From assembly GCF_009914755.1 (NCBI RefSeq), contig NC_060936.1: a DNA stretch of 64,000 nucleotides. One strand, given 5' to 3'. The notes beneath the pieces are model-generated. The model was not told where the DNA came from. It was given only the letters and a program-made list of their open reading frames with translations, and ran no database searches. Source of the DNA: the human T2T-CHM13v2.0 reference genome, Homo sapiens. A program made the translations under genes and the position numbers. Position 1 is the stretch's first letter, and each line of letters opens with the position of its first letter. Shown piece by piece: positions 1-40,595 of the stretch.

Positions 1-344
1 AATGTTGTTCAGATATTCTATGTCCTTACTGATTTTTTTGTCTAGCAGCTCAATTATTTAGAGATAAGTAAATTTCTAATTATGAATTTACTTCTTCATT
101 TAATTATATCAATTTTTCCTTTATGTATTTGGAACTATGATTAGGTTGATACTTAAAATTGTTATATCTTCTTAATGAAGTGCCCCTTTTATCATTATGA
201 AATACCTGTCTTATGTTCTTAGTTTTGAAGTCTACTTTATCTGATATTAATATAGCTTTCTTATGATGTGTGTTTTTATTTTAGATCATTTTTCCAACCT
301 TTTACTGTCAACCTCAGTGTGGGTTTGTATTTAAAGTATGTGCC

Positions 345-2938
<2,594 letters not shown>

Positions 2939-3162
2939 CACAATCTACTTAAAATTAATATTGTACTATTTCCCATAAAATGTAGGAACTTTGCACAATA
3001 TCGTTCCATTTATTTCCAAGTCCACCCTCTTTTGTTGTTCTTATTATATAAATGACATCTGTTATAAACCCCACAATACAATGTCATAACTTTAGCTCTT
3101 AAATAGCCACATCTGTCAGTGTGCCTATATGATTAAAAAAAAAAAAAAAAAAAAAAAAGGAA

Positions 3163-4473
<1,311 letters not shown>

Positions 4474-4583
4474 AAACAGCCGCATCTGTTAAAGAAATAA
4501 AGAAAAAATGTAAATACAATTTAAAAATATTTACTCACCTGTTTACCATCTCAAGAATTTTTTATTCCTTTCTATAGATCTGA

Positions 4584-5713
<1,130 letters not shown>

Positions 5714-5737
5714 TCACTGAGATTTTTGAATCTATAA

Positions 5738-6399
<662 letters not shown>

Positions 6400-6511
6400 A
6401 AATTTGTCTTCGAATAAATTTGAGAAATCAGCATATACTTTGTCAAATATTTTAATGCCCCATTCTCCCTCTTCTATTTTTCTGAAATTCAAATTACATA
6501 TGGTATATAGA

Positions 6512-9134
<2,623 letters not shown>

Positions 9135-9214
9135 CTTGTTTCAGTTTTATAATTGTTATCTGAGGCATGATTATTCTGACCAAATTATTGTGCTATTACC
9201 ACCTCCTTACATTT

Positions 9215-9400
9215 TTTAACCGTTTTATTCCTCAGAGCACCTCTTTAAGGCTAATATAATTATCGCCCATTTTTAAACTGAGGAAACAGAGGCACTGCAA
9301 GGGAAACCATTTGTTTAAGGTCACACAGCTAGTTTGTGGAAGAGCCAAAATCTAAAACCAGTCAGATTACATAATCCTATGCTTGCTCCAGTTCACCACT
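9215..9400 (-). mobile_element. MIR
   Basis: CCCATTTT..TGAGGAAACAGAGGCAC..AAGGTCACACAGCTAGT is the reverse MIR core. Confidence 0.75.
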
Positions 9401-9505
9401 ATTCCTAAACACCTCAAGGTGGTTTGGATTCCAGCCTAGAGCCCTCTGGAAAGTATTTGGGGCTGGAAGGAGGTAAGAGCCCTCAAAATTCCTATTCAGG
9501 CTAGG

Positions 9506-10705
<1,200 letters not shown>

Positions 10706-10789
10706 AAAGGCAAAGTACCTACACCAGTATTCTTCTATCTACTGTAGCCCAAGACTAACTTTTCCATCATGCCTAGCCTAGTTGGTGAC

Positions 10790-11040
10790 ACTGGTGGTAA
10801 GGTTAATACTGAGGGTTCTGGAGTCACTCCATGTAGGTTCAAATTCTGCCTCTGTTGCTTGTTAGCTGTGTGAACTTAGGCAGGTGGCTCCACCTCTCTG
10901 AGCCTACTGTTTTCTTATCTCCTAATTGGGGATAATAACACCAGCCTCAAAGGGCTGTTCTGTATGAGATAGGTAATGCATGTGAAGTGTTTAGCACAGT
11001 GCCTGGCACCTGATAAGCACTCAATAGATTGTAACTATTC
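10790..11040 (+). mobile_element. MIR (near full length)
   Basis: GGTTCAAATTCTGCC..AGCTGTGTGA..CCTCTCTGAGCCT..GGGGATAATAA..TTAGCACAGTGCCTGGCAC..AAGCACTCAATA. Confidence 0.85.
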
Positions 11041-11128
11041 ATATTCTCTCTGTTTTTCTGCAGTCATGAACTGTTATATGTCCTACTTAAATCCAGCTTC
11101 TAGAGTTAGACTATACTTAGGTCTTCTA

Positions 11129-14800
<3,672 letters not shown>

Positions 14801-15099
14801 ATGGCTGGTGAGTATTTGGGAGGAATCACTGCCCCGTGGCTGTCCCCTTAAGCCAGTGTCTCAGATGCTGCCTCTGAGGTCCAGCCACTCCCTAAGAAAT
14901 GCTGACATCAAGGTCCACACCTCCTTCCCACAGGAGGAGTTGGAAATGAATCTCAAATTTCACCAAGGCCCCTGCTGGGGGATGGGGGTGGAGGTTGTGC
15001 CAGTGATCACAAGCCCCGATTTTCAGATTTTCATGAGCGTCTCTGCTCAGATCCTGTCCCAGAGGCCTAGCACTAGGGTAGAATGACAATAGTCTTCCC

Positions 15100-15520
15100 A
15101 GCGTTGCCTGAGATGAGTCACAGGTGACGCCCTCGCCCTACAGCCTGGGCCTACCTGGGCAGGTAGAAGCATGTCTCAAACCCCTCTGGCCGCTGCCAGT
15201 GGTTCAGAGGATCCTGTCGTAGTCAGCCTCATTCCCCAACTGAGAAACCCCTGGCGTTGGCTTGACGGGGGAAAAACAGAGCTGATCTGCTATCCTGAGT
15301 CAGCTGTTGGGAGAACCTGACTCCTCAGGTGAGACAAGGACCCCCAACAAGGCGAGGCCTGGGAATGCTACCCAAGAAAAGGAAACAGATGTGACCCTTC
15401 TGCTCCGAGCTCATTCCATGGTGACTCAAATAACCGAGTCTTCCCTGGCCTCTCAGCTCCAGCACCTCGGCCATTCCCGTATCACTGCTCAGTTTACCTT
15501 GACTCATCTGGTTACTTGAC
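15100..15520. promoter_or_regulatory. Candidate AP-1 enhancer (four perfect TGA[C/G]TCA sites)
   Basis: TGAGTCA at 15114-15120 and 15296-15302; TGACTCA at 15422-15428 and 15500-15506, in Alu-free sequence. Confidence 0.55.
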
Positions 15521-15660
15521 TGTTATCTCCCTTGCTACCCTGGAAGCTCTACCCTGTTGCTCCTCGCTGCCCACCTGGCATGGAGCTTGGCACAGAGCTT
15601 GGCACAGAGCAGGTGCAGAACCGGTATGGATGAGCTGTGAATATAAAGGGACCCAGTTTA

Positions 15661-15930
<270 letters not shown>

Positions 15931-15936
<6 letters not shown>

Positions 15937-18439
15937 TATATATATATATTATATATAATATATATTATATAATTTATGTATAATATATGTATAATATATA
16001 ATATATATTATATAATATATGTATAATATATAATATATATTATATAATATGTATAATATATAATATATATTATATAATATATGTATAATATATAATATAT
16101 ATTATATAATATATGTATAATATATATTATATATTATATAATTAATGTATAACATATATTACATAATATATGTATAATATAATATAATATGTATTACATA
16201 ATATATGTATAATATATAATATATAATATATGTATATTATTAATATATTATATATAATATATGTATATTAATATATTATACATAATATATGTATATTAAT
16301 ATATTATATATAATATATGTATATTAATATATTATATATAATATATGTACAATATATAATATATAATATATCTATATTATAGATATATATTATATATAAT
16401 ATATCTATATTATACATGTATAATATATCATATTATACATGTATAATATAGTATAATATATCTATATTATACTATATTATATATAATATATCTATATTAT
16501 ACATATATAATACATATTATACATATATAATATAATATATCATATTATACATATATTATATATATAATATAACTATATTATACATATATTATATATATTA
16601 CAAATAATATATCTATATTATACATATACTATATATAATATATAATATATAATATATAATATAATATATCTATATTATATATATCTATATATAATATAGA
16701 TATATTATATATAATATATGTATAATATGGATATAATATATAATATATATAATATAGATAGATATAATATATATTATATATAATATAGATAGATATAATA
16801 TATCTTATATATAATATAGATAGATATAATATATCTTATATATAATATAGATAGATATAATATATCTTATATATAATATAGATAGATATAATATATCTTA
16901 TATATAATATAGATAGATATAATATATATTATATATAATATAGATAGATATAATATATCTTATATATAATATAGATAGATATAATATATATTATATATAA
17001 TATAGATAGATATAATATATTATATATAATATAGATAGATATAATATATATTATATATAATATAGATAGATATAATATATGTATAATATAGATATATTAT
17101 ATTATATATGTATAATATGGTATATTATATTATATATGTATAATATGATATATTATATTATATATGTATAATATGATATATTATATTATATATGTATAAT
17201 ATAGATGTATTATATATGTATAATATAGATATATTATATTATATATGTATAATATAGATATAATATATGTATAAAATATAGATATATGTATAAAATATAG
17301 ATCTATTATATTGTATATAATATACGTATAATATAGATATATGTATAATATATATAATATACGTATAATACAGATATATTATATTATATATAATATATGT
17401 ATAATACAGATATATTATATTATATATAATATATGTATAATACAGATATTTATATTATATATAATATACTTATAATACAGATATATTATATTATATATAA
17501 TATACGTATAATACAGATATATGTATAATACAGATATATTATATTGTATATAATATATGTATAATACAGATATATTATATTATATATATGTATAATACAG
17601 ATATATTATATTATATATAATATACGTATAATACAGATATATTATATATAATATACGTATAATACAGATATATTATATATAATATACATATAATACAGAT
17701 ATGTTATATATAATATACGTATAATACAGATATATTATATTATATATAATATACGTATAATACAGATATATTATATTATATATAATATACGTATAATACA
17801 GATATATTATATATAATATACGTGTAATACAGATATATTATATATAATATACGTGTAATACAGATATATTATATATAATATACGTGTAATACAGATATAT
17901 TATATATAATATACGTGTAATACAGATATATTATATATAATATATGTGTAATACAGATATATCATATATAATATATGTATAATACAGATATATCATATTA
18001 TATATATGTATAATACAGATATATTATATTATATATAATATGTGTATAATACAGATACATTATATTATATATAATATGTATAATACAGATATATTATATT
18101 ATATATAATATATGTATAATATAGATATTATATATGTATACTACAGATATATTATATATTATATATTATATATTATATATTATACATATATTATACATAT
18201 ATGCTATAGTATACATATATTATAGATATTATAGATATATCATATATTATATATATCTATAATATATCTATATATTATAGATATATATAATATATGATAT
18301 ATCTATATCTAGATATATCTATATCTAGATATATCTAGATATAGATATATCATATATTATAAATATTATAATATATCTATATTATAATATTATGTATATT
18401 ATCTATATTATATATAATATCTATATTATCTATATTTTA

Positions 18440-18493
<54 letters not shown>
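15931..18493. repeat. ~2.56-kb AT-rich complex minisatellite (~30-36-bp units) ending in (TA)23
   Basis: Almost entirely A/T. 31-bp units TATCTTATATATAATATAGATAGATATAATA (~16750-17070) and CGTGTAATACAGATATATTATATATAATATA (~17820-17945). Pure TA run at 18447-18493. Confidence 0.97.
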
Positions 18494-18496
<3 letters not shown>

Positions 18497-19238
18497 AAGG
18501 GGCCCTGTTTACAGCCACACCCTCTGTCCTGATGCTCCAAACACCCACATCTAGGCCAGTAGGAAGGAAGTCCTGTCTTCCACACAGGTTCCCTTCACCA
18601 AGTATCCCAGGAATGCTCTGGGTTCCGATGGGGCTGTGGGTTGTCAGCAGGGCTCCTTCTAGGTCTGGAAGGGGCTGCTTCAGCTGTGGCTAGAGCTGCT
18701 CTTTGCAGGCAGAAGGCCCTCTGCCTGCTGTCTGTGGGTCTCAGGCACTGCACCACGGCCCACTTCCCTCCAGGGCCTGTCTTTCTCGGACGCTTACTCC
18801 TGACCCCTCTCTCCAGCCAGCCCCTGCAGTGCCTTCTGTTGAGCTCTGTGAAAGAGTGGATTGGGCCCCAAGTGAGCCCTCTTCGTCTCAGAGCAGTGAA
18901 GGCTATGGGAGGATGAGGAGGGGCTGAATCTGGGGGTTCAAACACAGCCTCAGATTGTTTCTGGAACCCCCCTTCTCTCCAATCTCCAGACTCAGCCCTC
19001 AAGTCAGGCGGGCTGGGTGTCTTCCTTCTGCAGTTTTCTCCTGGAGCACCCCCATCCCCTCCCGCCCCTGCAACTTCTGTCTGTACCTGGCAAACCTGTT
19101 GGGCTGGTTTGGAGTTTTCCGAATCCCAGGTTCAGACACCGGACATGATGTCATTTATTTCCCAGGAAGCCTGTGGGTCCCACGTAACTCAGGGGGATGG
19201 CTGCACACATTCCACACAGTGTCGTGCCTACCCACTCA

Positions 19239-23625
<4,387 letters not shown>

Positions 23626-23626
23626 T

Positions 23627-23685
23627 ACTCCTCCTCCTCCTCCTCCTCTTCCTCTTCTTCTTCCTCTTCTTTTTTTTTTTTTTTT
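23627..23685. repeat. (TCC)n(TCT)n(T)n polypyrimidine microsatellite
   Basis: Directly visible. Confidence 0.9.
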
Positions 23686-23953
23686 GAGTTGTACAAGAAA
23701 ATGAGAGGCCAAAGGCCCGTGATTTACAGGCAGCCTGGTGGAGGAGAAGTGGTGTGTAGTGCTGTTACATGGTCTCTAGGGCCATATACTCCGGTTTGAG
23801 TTTCTAGTTCTTTGACTATATGACTGTGGCTAAGCAATGAAGCTTTCTAGACCTGCGTTCTCATTCATTAAATAGGAATGATAACACCTCATAAGTATCT
23901 AAATGAGATACTGTAGGTAAGTGTACATCATAGAATTTTAAATCTGGTAAGTG

Positions 23954-24698
23954 TGTGGTAGGCTGAATAATAACCCCTAAAAGATGTCCAGGTCCTGCCG
24001 GGAGCAGGCTCACACCTGTAATCCCAGCACTTTGGGAAGCCAAGGTGGCGGGATCACCTGAGGTTGGGAGTTCAAGACCAGCCTGACCAACATGGAGAAA
24101 CCCCCTCTCTACTAAAAATACAAAATCAGCTGGCCGTGGTGGCACATGCCTGTAATCCCAGCTACTCAGGAAGCTGAGGCAGGAGAATTTCTTGAACCCG
24201 TGAGGTGGAGGTTGCGTTGAGCCAAGATCGCGCCATTGCACTCCAGCCTGCGCAACAAGAGCAAAACTCTGTCTCAAAAAAAAAAAAAGATGTCCATGTC
24301 CTAATCTCTAGAACTCTAGAACCTATGATTATAGGAAAGGAGACTTTGTAGATGCATCAAATTAATATTTTTGAGATGAGGAGATTATCCTGGATTATCT
24401 AGCCCAATATAATCACACAGGTCCTTGGAAGAGGTGGGCACACCAGAGTGAGCGGTAGCAGATTTGACGATGGAAACAAGAGGTTGTAGTGATCGATGAA
24501 GGGAATGTGAGCCAAGGAATGCAGGTGGTCCTCTAGAAGATGAAAAAGGCAAGGACACATTCTTCCCTCAGAGCCCTCACAGGGAACCAGCCCTATAAAA
24601 CCGATGTCAGATTCATGACCTCCGCAACTATGAGAATAAGCTTGTGTAAAGTCAGTATTTGTGGTAATTTCTACAGCAGCAGTAGGAAACTAATATAG
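23954..24698 (+). mobile_element. MLT1D-like MaLR solo LTR with an AluSp inserted (23997-24288)
   Basis: TGTGGTAGGCTGAATAA..GAGATTATCCTGGATTATC..GTGGTAATTT..ACAGCAGCAGTAGGAAACTAATATA. Alu TSD AAAAGATGTCCA. Confidence 0.8.
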
Positions 24699-31191
<6,493 letters not shown>

Positions 31192-31460
31192 GAGACCTCA
31201 TCTCTTAAAAACAAAAACAAAAACAGAAAAAGAACCAATGAAAGGGATATCTAGTGTCAGACAGAGCTTGGTTCAAATCCCTGTTGTACTACTTATGAGT
31301 AGTGTGAGCTCCATCTACTGAGCCTCTGTTTTCCCGTTCTGTGAAATGGGTCTATCAAATACCATGTATTTATCAGGATTGGCTCACTACTGTAACAATG
31401 ACAAATATCTCGCTGGCTGAACACAATGAAGGTTTATTTCCCTACCCCACAGAGTCTGAT

Positions 31461-31576
31461 GCAGATGTTCCCAGGAAGGTAGAAGTCCTGGGCAGTCTTC
31501 TTCCAGCTGGTGGACTCTGGGCAGATGTTCCCGGGAAGGTAGAAGTCCTGGGCAGTCTTCTTCCAGTGGACGCTGG
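31461..31576. repeat. 60-bp tandem duplication inside an old MaLR-like LTR fragment (~31370-31820)
   Basis: GCAGATGTTCCC[A/G]GGAAGGTAGAAGTCCTGGGCAGTCTTCTTCCAG starts at both 31461 and 31521. Confidence 0.9.
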
Positions 31577-31837
31577 GATTGGGTTCCTTTGCATAATAAG
31601 GCTCCACCATCTTAAACTCTTTTGCCCTCATCCTTATGGACAGGAGACAGACAGAGCATGAAAGATCAGACTGGATGTTTTATGACCAGCCCTGGTGGGC
31701 GGGTACATCCCTTCTGCCCACTGACAGTGCAAAGTACATGTCCCTTTCTAGCTGCAAGGGGGCTAGGAACTGTAACCCAGTCAGTGCTCAGAAAGAGGAA
31801 ATAGGTTTGGTGAGCCCTTTTTTTTTGTCTCATGGGG

Positions 31838-31900
31838 CTCCTCCTCCTCCTCCTCCTCCTCCTCCGAATGAATGAATGAATGAATGAATGAATGAATGAA
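31838..31900. repeat. Compound microsatellite (CCT)n-(GAAT)n
   Basis: Directly visible. Confidence 0.9.
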
Positions 31901-32079
31901 ATAATTTAAACACAGTGGCACAGGGCAAGTGCTTAAATGTGTCAGGCATCTTTTCCTCCCTCCCTTCCCTTTATGGTTGATTCTAGATAGGACCACCTTG
32001 ACTCTTCAAAAATTGATGCCCTCCTGAAGTTTTCTGTATGTTGAATCAAGATGTTTATGTGAGCTGGGCATTGTAGATG

Positions 32080-35238
<3,159 letters not shown>

Positions 35239-35275
35239 AATAAAAGCATTTTCTAAAAGATCAGCTGTTGCTATC

Positions 35276-35631
35276 TGATATAGTTTGGCTGTGTCCCCAC
35301 CCAGATCTCATCTTGAATTGTAGTTCCCATAATTCCCATGTGTTGTGGGAGGGACCTGGTGGGAGGTAATTGAATCATGAGGGCGGTTTCCCCCATACTG
35401 CTCTCAGGGCAGTGAATAAACCTCACAAGATCTGATGGTTTTATAAGGGGTTTCCCTTTTCACTTGGCTCTCATTCTCTCTTGCCTGCTGCCATGTAAGA
35501 CGTGCTTTTTGCTTTCTGCCATGATTGTGAGGCCTCCCCAGCCGCGTGGAACTGTGAGTCCACCCTTTTTCTTTCTAAATTACCCAGTCTCCAGTATGTC
35601 TTTATCAGCATTGTGAAAATGAACTAATACA
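35276..35631 (+). mobile_element. THE1 (THE1C/D-like) solo LTR
   Basis: TGATATAGTTTGGCTGTGTCCCCACCC...GAACTAATACA, with 5-bp TSD CTATC at 35271-35275 and 35632-35636. Confidence 0.92.
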
Positions 35632-36331
35632 CTATCACATCACTAAGTTACATGGACCCATTTTACATGGAGTATCTAGTTATAGGGAGAGTGAAGGTCC
35701 CTCAAGACCACACCCCAGGACTTGCCCAATTCAGGCCACCAATGTCTGTTGTTTAGCACTCAGCAATTAAATGCACTTAGATTGGACATAAATTCTTTTT
35801 GCCATAGTCTCTGCCATTACATGTTGTATACGCTTGTCTTGCTTTGCTTCACCTGCTTGGACCCTAAAGGGTTCTGAGTTTGCAACTTCTGGTCTAAATA
35901 GAGAGTTTTCCTCTGTGTCAGTCAGATGATATCTGGAGCGCTGCTATTTATTGAGGCAGGCACCAAGCTCTATGCGTAATATATGTAAGCCAAATATAAC
36001 TAAGGCTTCTCATTGCCTCGTCTCTGCATGGTGACTTATTTGGCAGAAAAATATAATTGGAAGTAATTAAAATCTTTTCTCAGTCTCAAAAAAATGCCAG
36101 AGTGAGTATATTTTTAAAAAAGAGTGTTTTGGAGGTATAGTTGATATACAATAAACTGTACACATTTAAAGCACGCAATTTTATGAATTCTGATATAAGC
36201 CTACACCTGTGAAACCATCACCATGATCAAAATAATTGGCCAGGCATGGTGGCTCATGCCTGTAATCCCAGCACTTTGGGAGGCCGAGGCGGGCAGATCA
36301 CGAGGTCAGGAGATCGAGGCCATCCTGGCTA

Positions 36332-36663
<332 letters not shown>

Positions 36664-37228
36664 TCACTGCAACCTCCGCCTCCCAGGTTGAAGTGATTCT
36701 CCTGCCTCAGCCTCTCGAGTAGCTGGGATTACAGGCACATGCCACCATGCCTGGCTAATTTTTGTATTTTTGGTAGAGACGGGGTTTCACCATGTTGGCC
36801 AGGCTGGTCTCGAACTCCCGACCTCAAGTGATTTGCCCACCTTGGCCTCCCAAAGTGCTCGGATTACAGGCGTGAGCTGGCCCTCCTCATGTGTTTTTGT
36901 GATCGCCTGGCCCGGACAGCCTCCATCACTCCTCTCAGCCCCAAATTGCTCACTCAACGGCCGAGTCCTAGAGGGAACATGTGGCTGCCCTAGCCTGGAT
37001 TATGTGCCCACCATTTGATTGCAGCTGGAGCAGAGACGGGGAGAACTGGACGTTTGTACATCTGTGTAGGGGGCAGGTGTGTCACCCACTCTCCTGTGAC
37101 TGCTCACAAAGGAGGGTAGGTCTCCATAGGGAATGAAGTGCTGCTGACCACTGAATATCCCAAGCCCACAAATGCTCACTGCAGCTGCTACTATTTAAAT
37201 CCAGGAGAGGGCTAGTCGCGGTGGCTCA

Positions 37229-37556
<328 letters not shown>

Positions 37557-37786
37557 CTATTCTACCCTCCCTTGCTTCCCAAGTAATCACTAACCTCCCC
37601 TCCTCTCCCCTCCCCTTTTCTGTGCTTTGCTCTGTCACCCAGGCTGGAGTGCAGTGGTGTGATCTTGGCTCACTGCAACCTCCGCCTCCTGGGTTCAATA
37701 AATTCTTGGCTGGGCGTGGTGGCTCACACCTGTAATCCCAGCACTTTGGGAGGCCGAGGCGGGCGGATCACGAGATCAGGAGTTCA

Positions 37787-38045
<259 letters not shown>

Positions 38046-39128
38046 CTACACACCACCATGCCCAGCTAATTTTTGTGTTTTTGGTGGAGACGGGGTTTCA
38101 CCATTTTTGCTGGGCTCGTCTCAAATTCCTGGCCTCAAGTGATCTGCCCGCCTCAGCCTCCCATAGTGCTAGGATTACAGGCGTGAGCCACTGTGCCCAG
38201 ACTAATCTGCTTTCTTTCATGCAGATAAGTTTGCATTTTCTAGAATTTTATGTATATAAAATTGTATAGTATATACTCATTTTTGTCTGGCTTCTTTCAC
38301 CCAGCGTATTATTCTGAGATTTGTCCATGTTGTGTGTATCAGTAGTTCATTCTTTTTTGTTGCTGAGTAGCATTCAGTTATATGGACAGACCATATTCTA
38401 TTTGTCCATTCACTGATTGATGGTCATTTGGGTTGTTTCCAGTCTTTGGCTGTGACAAATAAAGCTACTATGAACATGTGTGTACAAGTCTTTGTGTAGA
38501 CGTACACTTTCATTTCTCTCAGATAAGGAACCAAATGGCTGGATCTATGATAGTTGCATATTTATTTTTATTTTTATTTTATTTATTTATTTTTTTTTTG
38601 AGATGGAGTACCACTTGCTCTGTCGCCCAGGCTGGAGTGCAATGGTGCAATCTCAGCTCACTGCAACCTCCGCCACCTGCCTCAGCCTCCTGAGTACCTG
38701 GGATTATAGGAGCGCACCACCATGCCCAGCTAATTTTTGTATTTTTAGTGGAGATGGGGTTTCACCATGTTGCCCAGGCTGGTCTCGAACTCAGCTCAAG
38801 CAATTGCCTGCCTTGGCTTCCCAAAGCGCTGGGATTACAGGCATAAGCCACCACGCCCAGCAATTGATCTCTCTTTTTTTTTTTTCCTTGAGACAGGGTA
38901 TCACTTTATCGTCCAGGCTGGTGTGCAGTGGCAAGATCACAGCAGCACCTCCAGGACTTAAGTGATCCTCGAACCTCAGCCTCTTGAGTAGCTGGAACTA
39001 CAGGCAGGCCCCACCACGCCCAGCTGATTTTTGTATTTTTTTTGTAGAGACGGGGTTTTGCCATGTTGCCCGAGCTGGTCTTGAACTTGGCTCAAGTGAA
39101 CACCCGCCTCAGCCTCTCAAAGTATTGG

Positions 39129-40595
39129 TGTGTCCGGAATTGGTGGGTTCTTGGTCTCACTGACTTCAAGAATGAAGCCATGGACCCTCCCAGTGAGTGT
39201 TACAGTTCTTAAAGGTGGCGTATCTGGAGTTTGTTCCTTCTGATGTTTGGATGTGTTCGGAGTTTCTTCCTTCTGGTGGGTTCGTGGTCTCACTGGCTCA
39301 AGAGTGAAGCTGCGGACCTTTGGGGTGACTGTTACAGCTCTTAAGGCGGCGTGTCTGGAGTTGTTTGTTCCTCCTGGTGGGTTTATGGTCTCGCTGGCTT
39401 CAGGAGTGAAGCTGCAGACCTTCGCAGTGAGTGTTATACCTCATAAAGGCAGTGTGGACCCAAAGAGTGAGCAGTAGCAAGATTTATTGCAAAGGGCGAA
39501 AGAACAAAAGAACAAGCCTTCCACAGTGTGGAAGGGGACCCGAGCGGGCTGCCACTGCTGGCTTGGTCAGCCTGCTTTTATTCTCTTATCTGGCCCCACC
39601 CACATCCTGCTGATTGGTCCATTTTACAGAGAACCGAGTGGTCTGTTTTGACAGGGTGCTGATTGGTGCGTTTACAATCCCTGAGCTAGACACAAAGGTT
39701 CTCCACTTCCCCACTAGATTAGCTAGATACAGAGTGTGGACACAAAGGTTCTCCAAGTCCCCACCAGAGTAGCTAGATACAGAGTGCCGATTGGTGTATT
39801 TACAAACCCTGAGCTAGACACAGGGTGCTGATTGGTGTGTTTACAAACCTTGAGCTAGATACAGAGTGCCTATTGGTGTATTTACAATCCCTTAGCTAGA
39901 CATAAAGGTTCTCCAAGTCCCCACCAGAGTCAGGAGCCCAGGTGGCTTCACCCAGTGGATCTCCCACTGGGGCTGCAGGTGGAGCCACCTGCCAGTCCCC
40001 CGCCGTGCGCCCACACTCCTCAGCCCTTGTGTGGTCGATGGGACTGGGCGCCGTGGAGCAGGGGGCGGTGGTCATCGGGGAGGCTCCGACTGCACAGGAG
40101 CCCACGGAGGCGGTGGAGGGGGGTGCGGGTGGGGGCTCAGGCATGGCGGGCTGCAGGTCCCAAGCTCTACCCCGCAGGAAGGCAGCTAAGGCCCGGCGAG
40201 AAATAGAGCACAGCGCCCGTGGCCCGGCACTGCTGGGGGACCCAGTACACCCTCCGCAGCTGCTGGCCCGGGTGCTAAGCCCCTCATTGCCCGGGGTGGC
40301 AGGGCCGGCCGGCTGCTCCGAGTGTGGGGCCCGCCAAGCCCACGCCCACCCGGAACTCCAGCTGGCCCACAAGTGCCAACCCGCACAGCCCCAGTTGCCG
40401 CTCCCGCCTCTCCCTCCACACCTCCCTGCAAGCTGAGGGAGCTGGCTCCAGCCTTGGCCAGCCCAGAAAGGGGCTCCCACAGTGCAGCGGCGGGCTGAAG
40501 GGCTCCTCAAGTGTGGCCAAAGTGGGAGCCCAGGCAGAGGAGGCGCCGAGAGCGAGGGAGGGCTGTGAGGGCTGCCAGCACGCTGTCACCTCTCA
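39129..40595 (-). mobile_element. Solo LTR12C (ERV9/HERV9 LTR), full length
   Basis: The minus strand starts TGAGAGGTGACAGCGTGCTGGCAGCCCTCACAGCC and ends CCAATTCCGGACACA. 4-bp TSD TTGG at 39125-39128 and 40596-40599. It has a U3 repeat array with CCAAT boxes and a CpG-rich 5' U3, and it splits an Alu. Confidence 0.95.
39545..39900 (-). promoter_or_regulatory. LTR12C promoter/enhancer core: five CCAAT (NF-Y) boxes, GT box, GATA site, AATAAA TATA-like element
   Basis: ATTGG at 39613, 39662, 39790, 39831 and 39872; CTTATCT at 39585-39591; TTTATT at 39577-39582. Confidence 0.7.
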
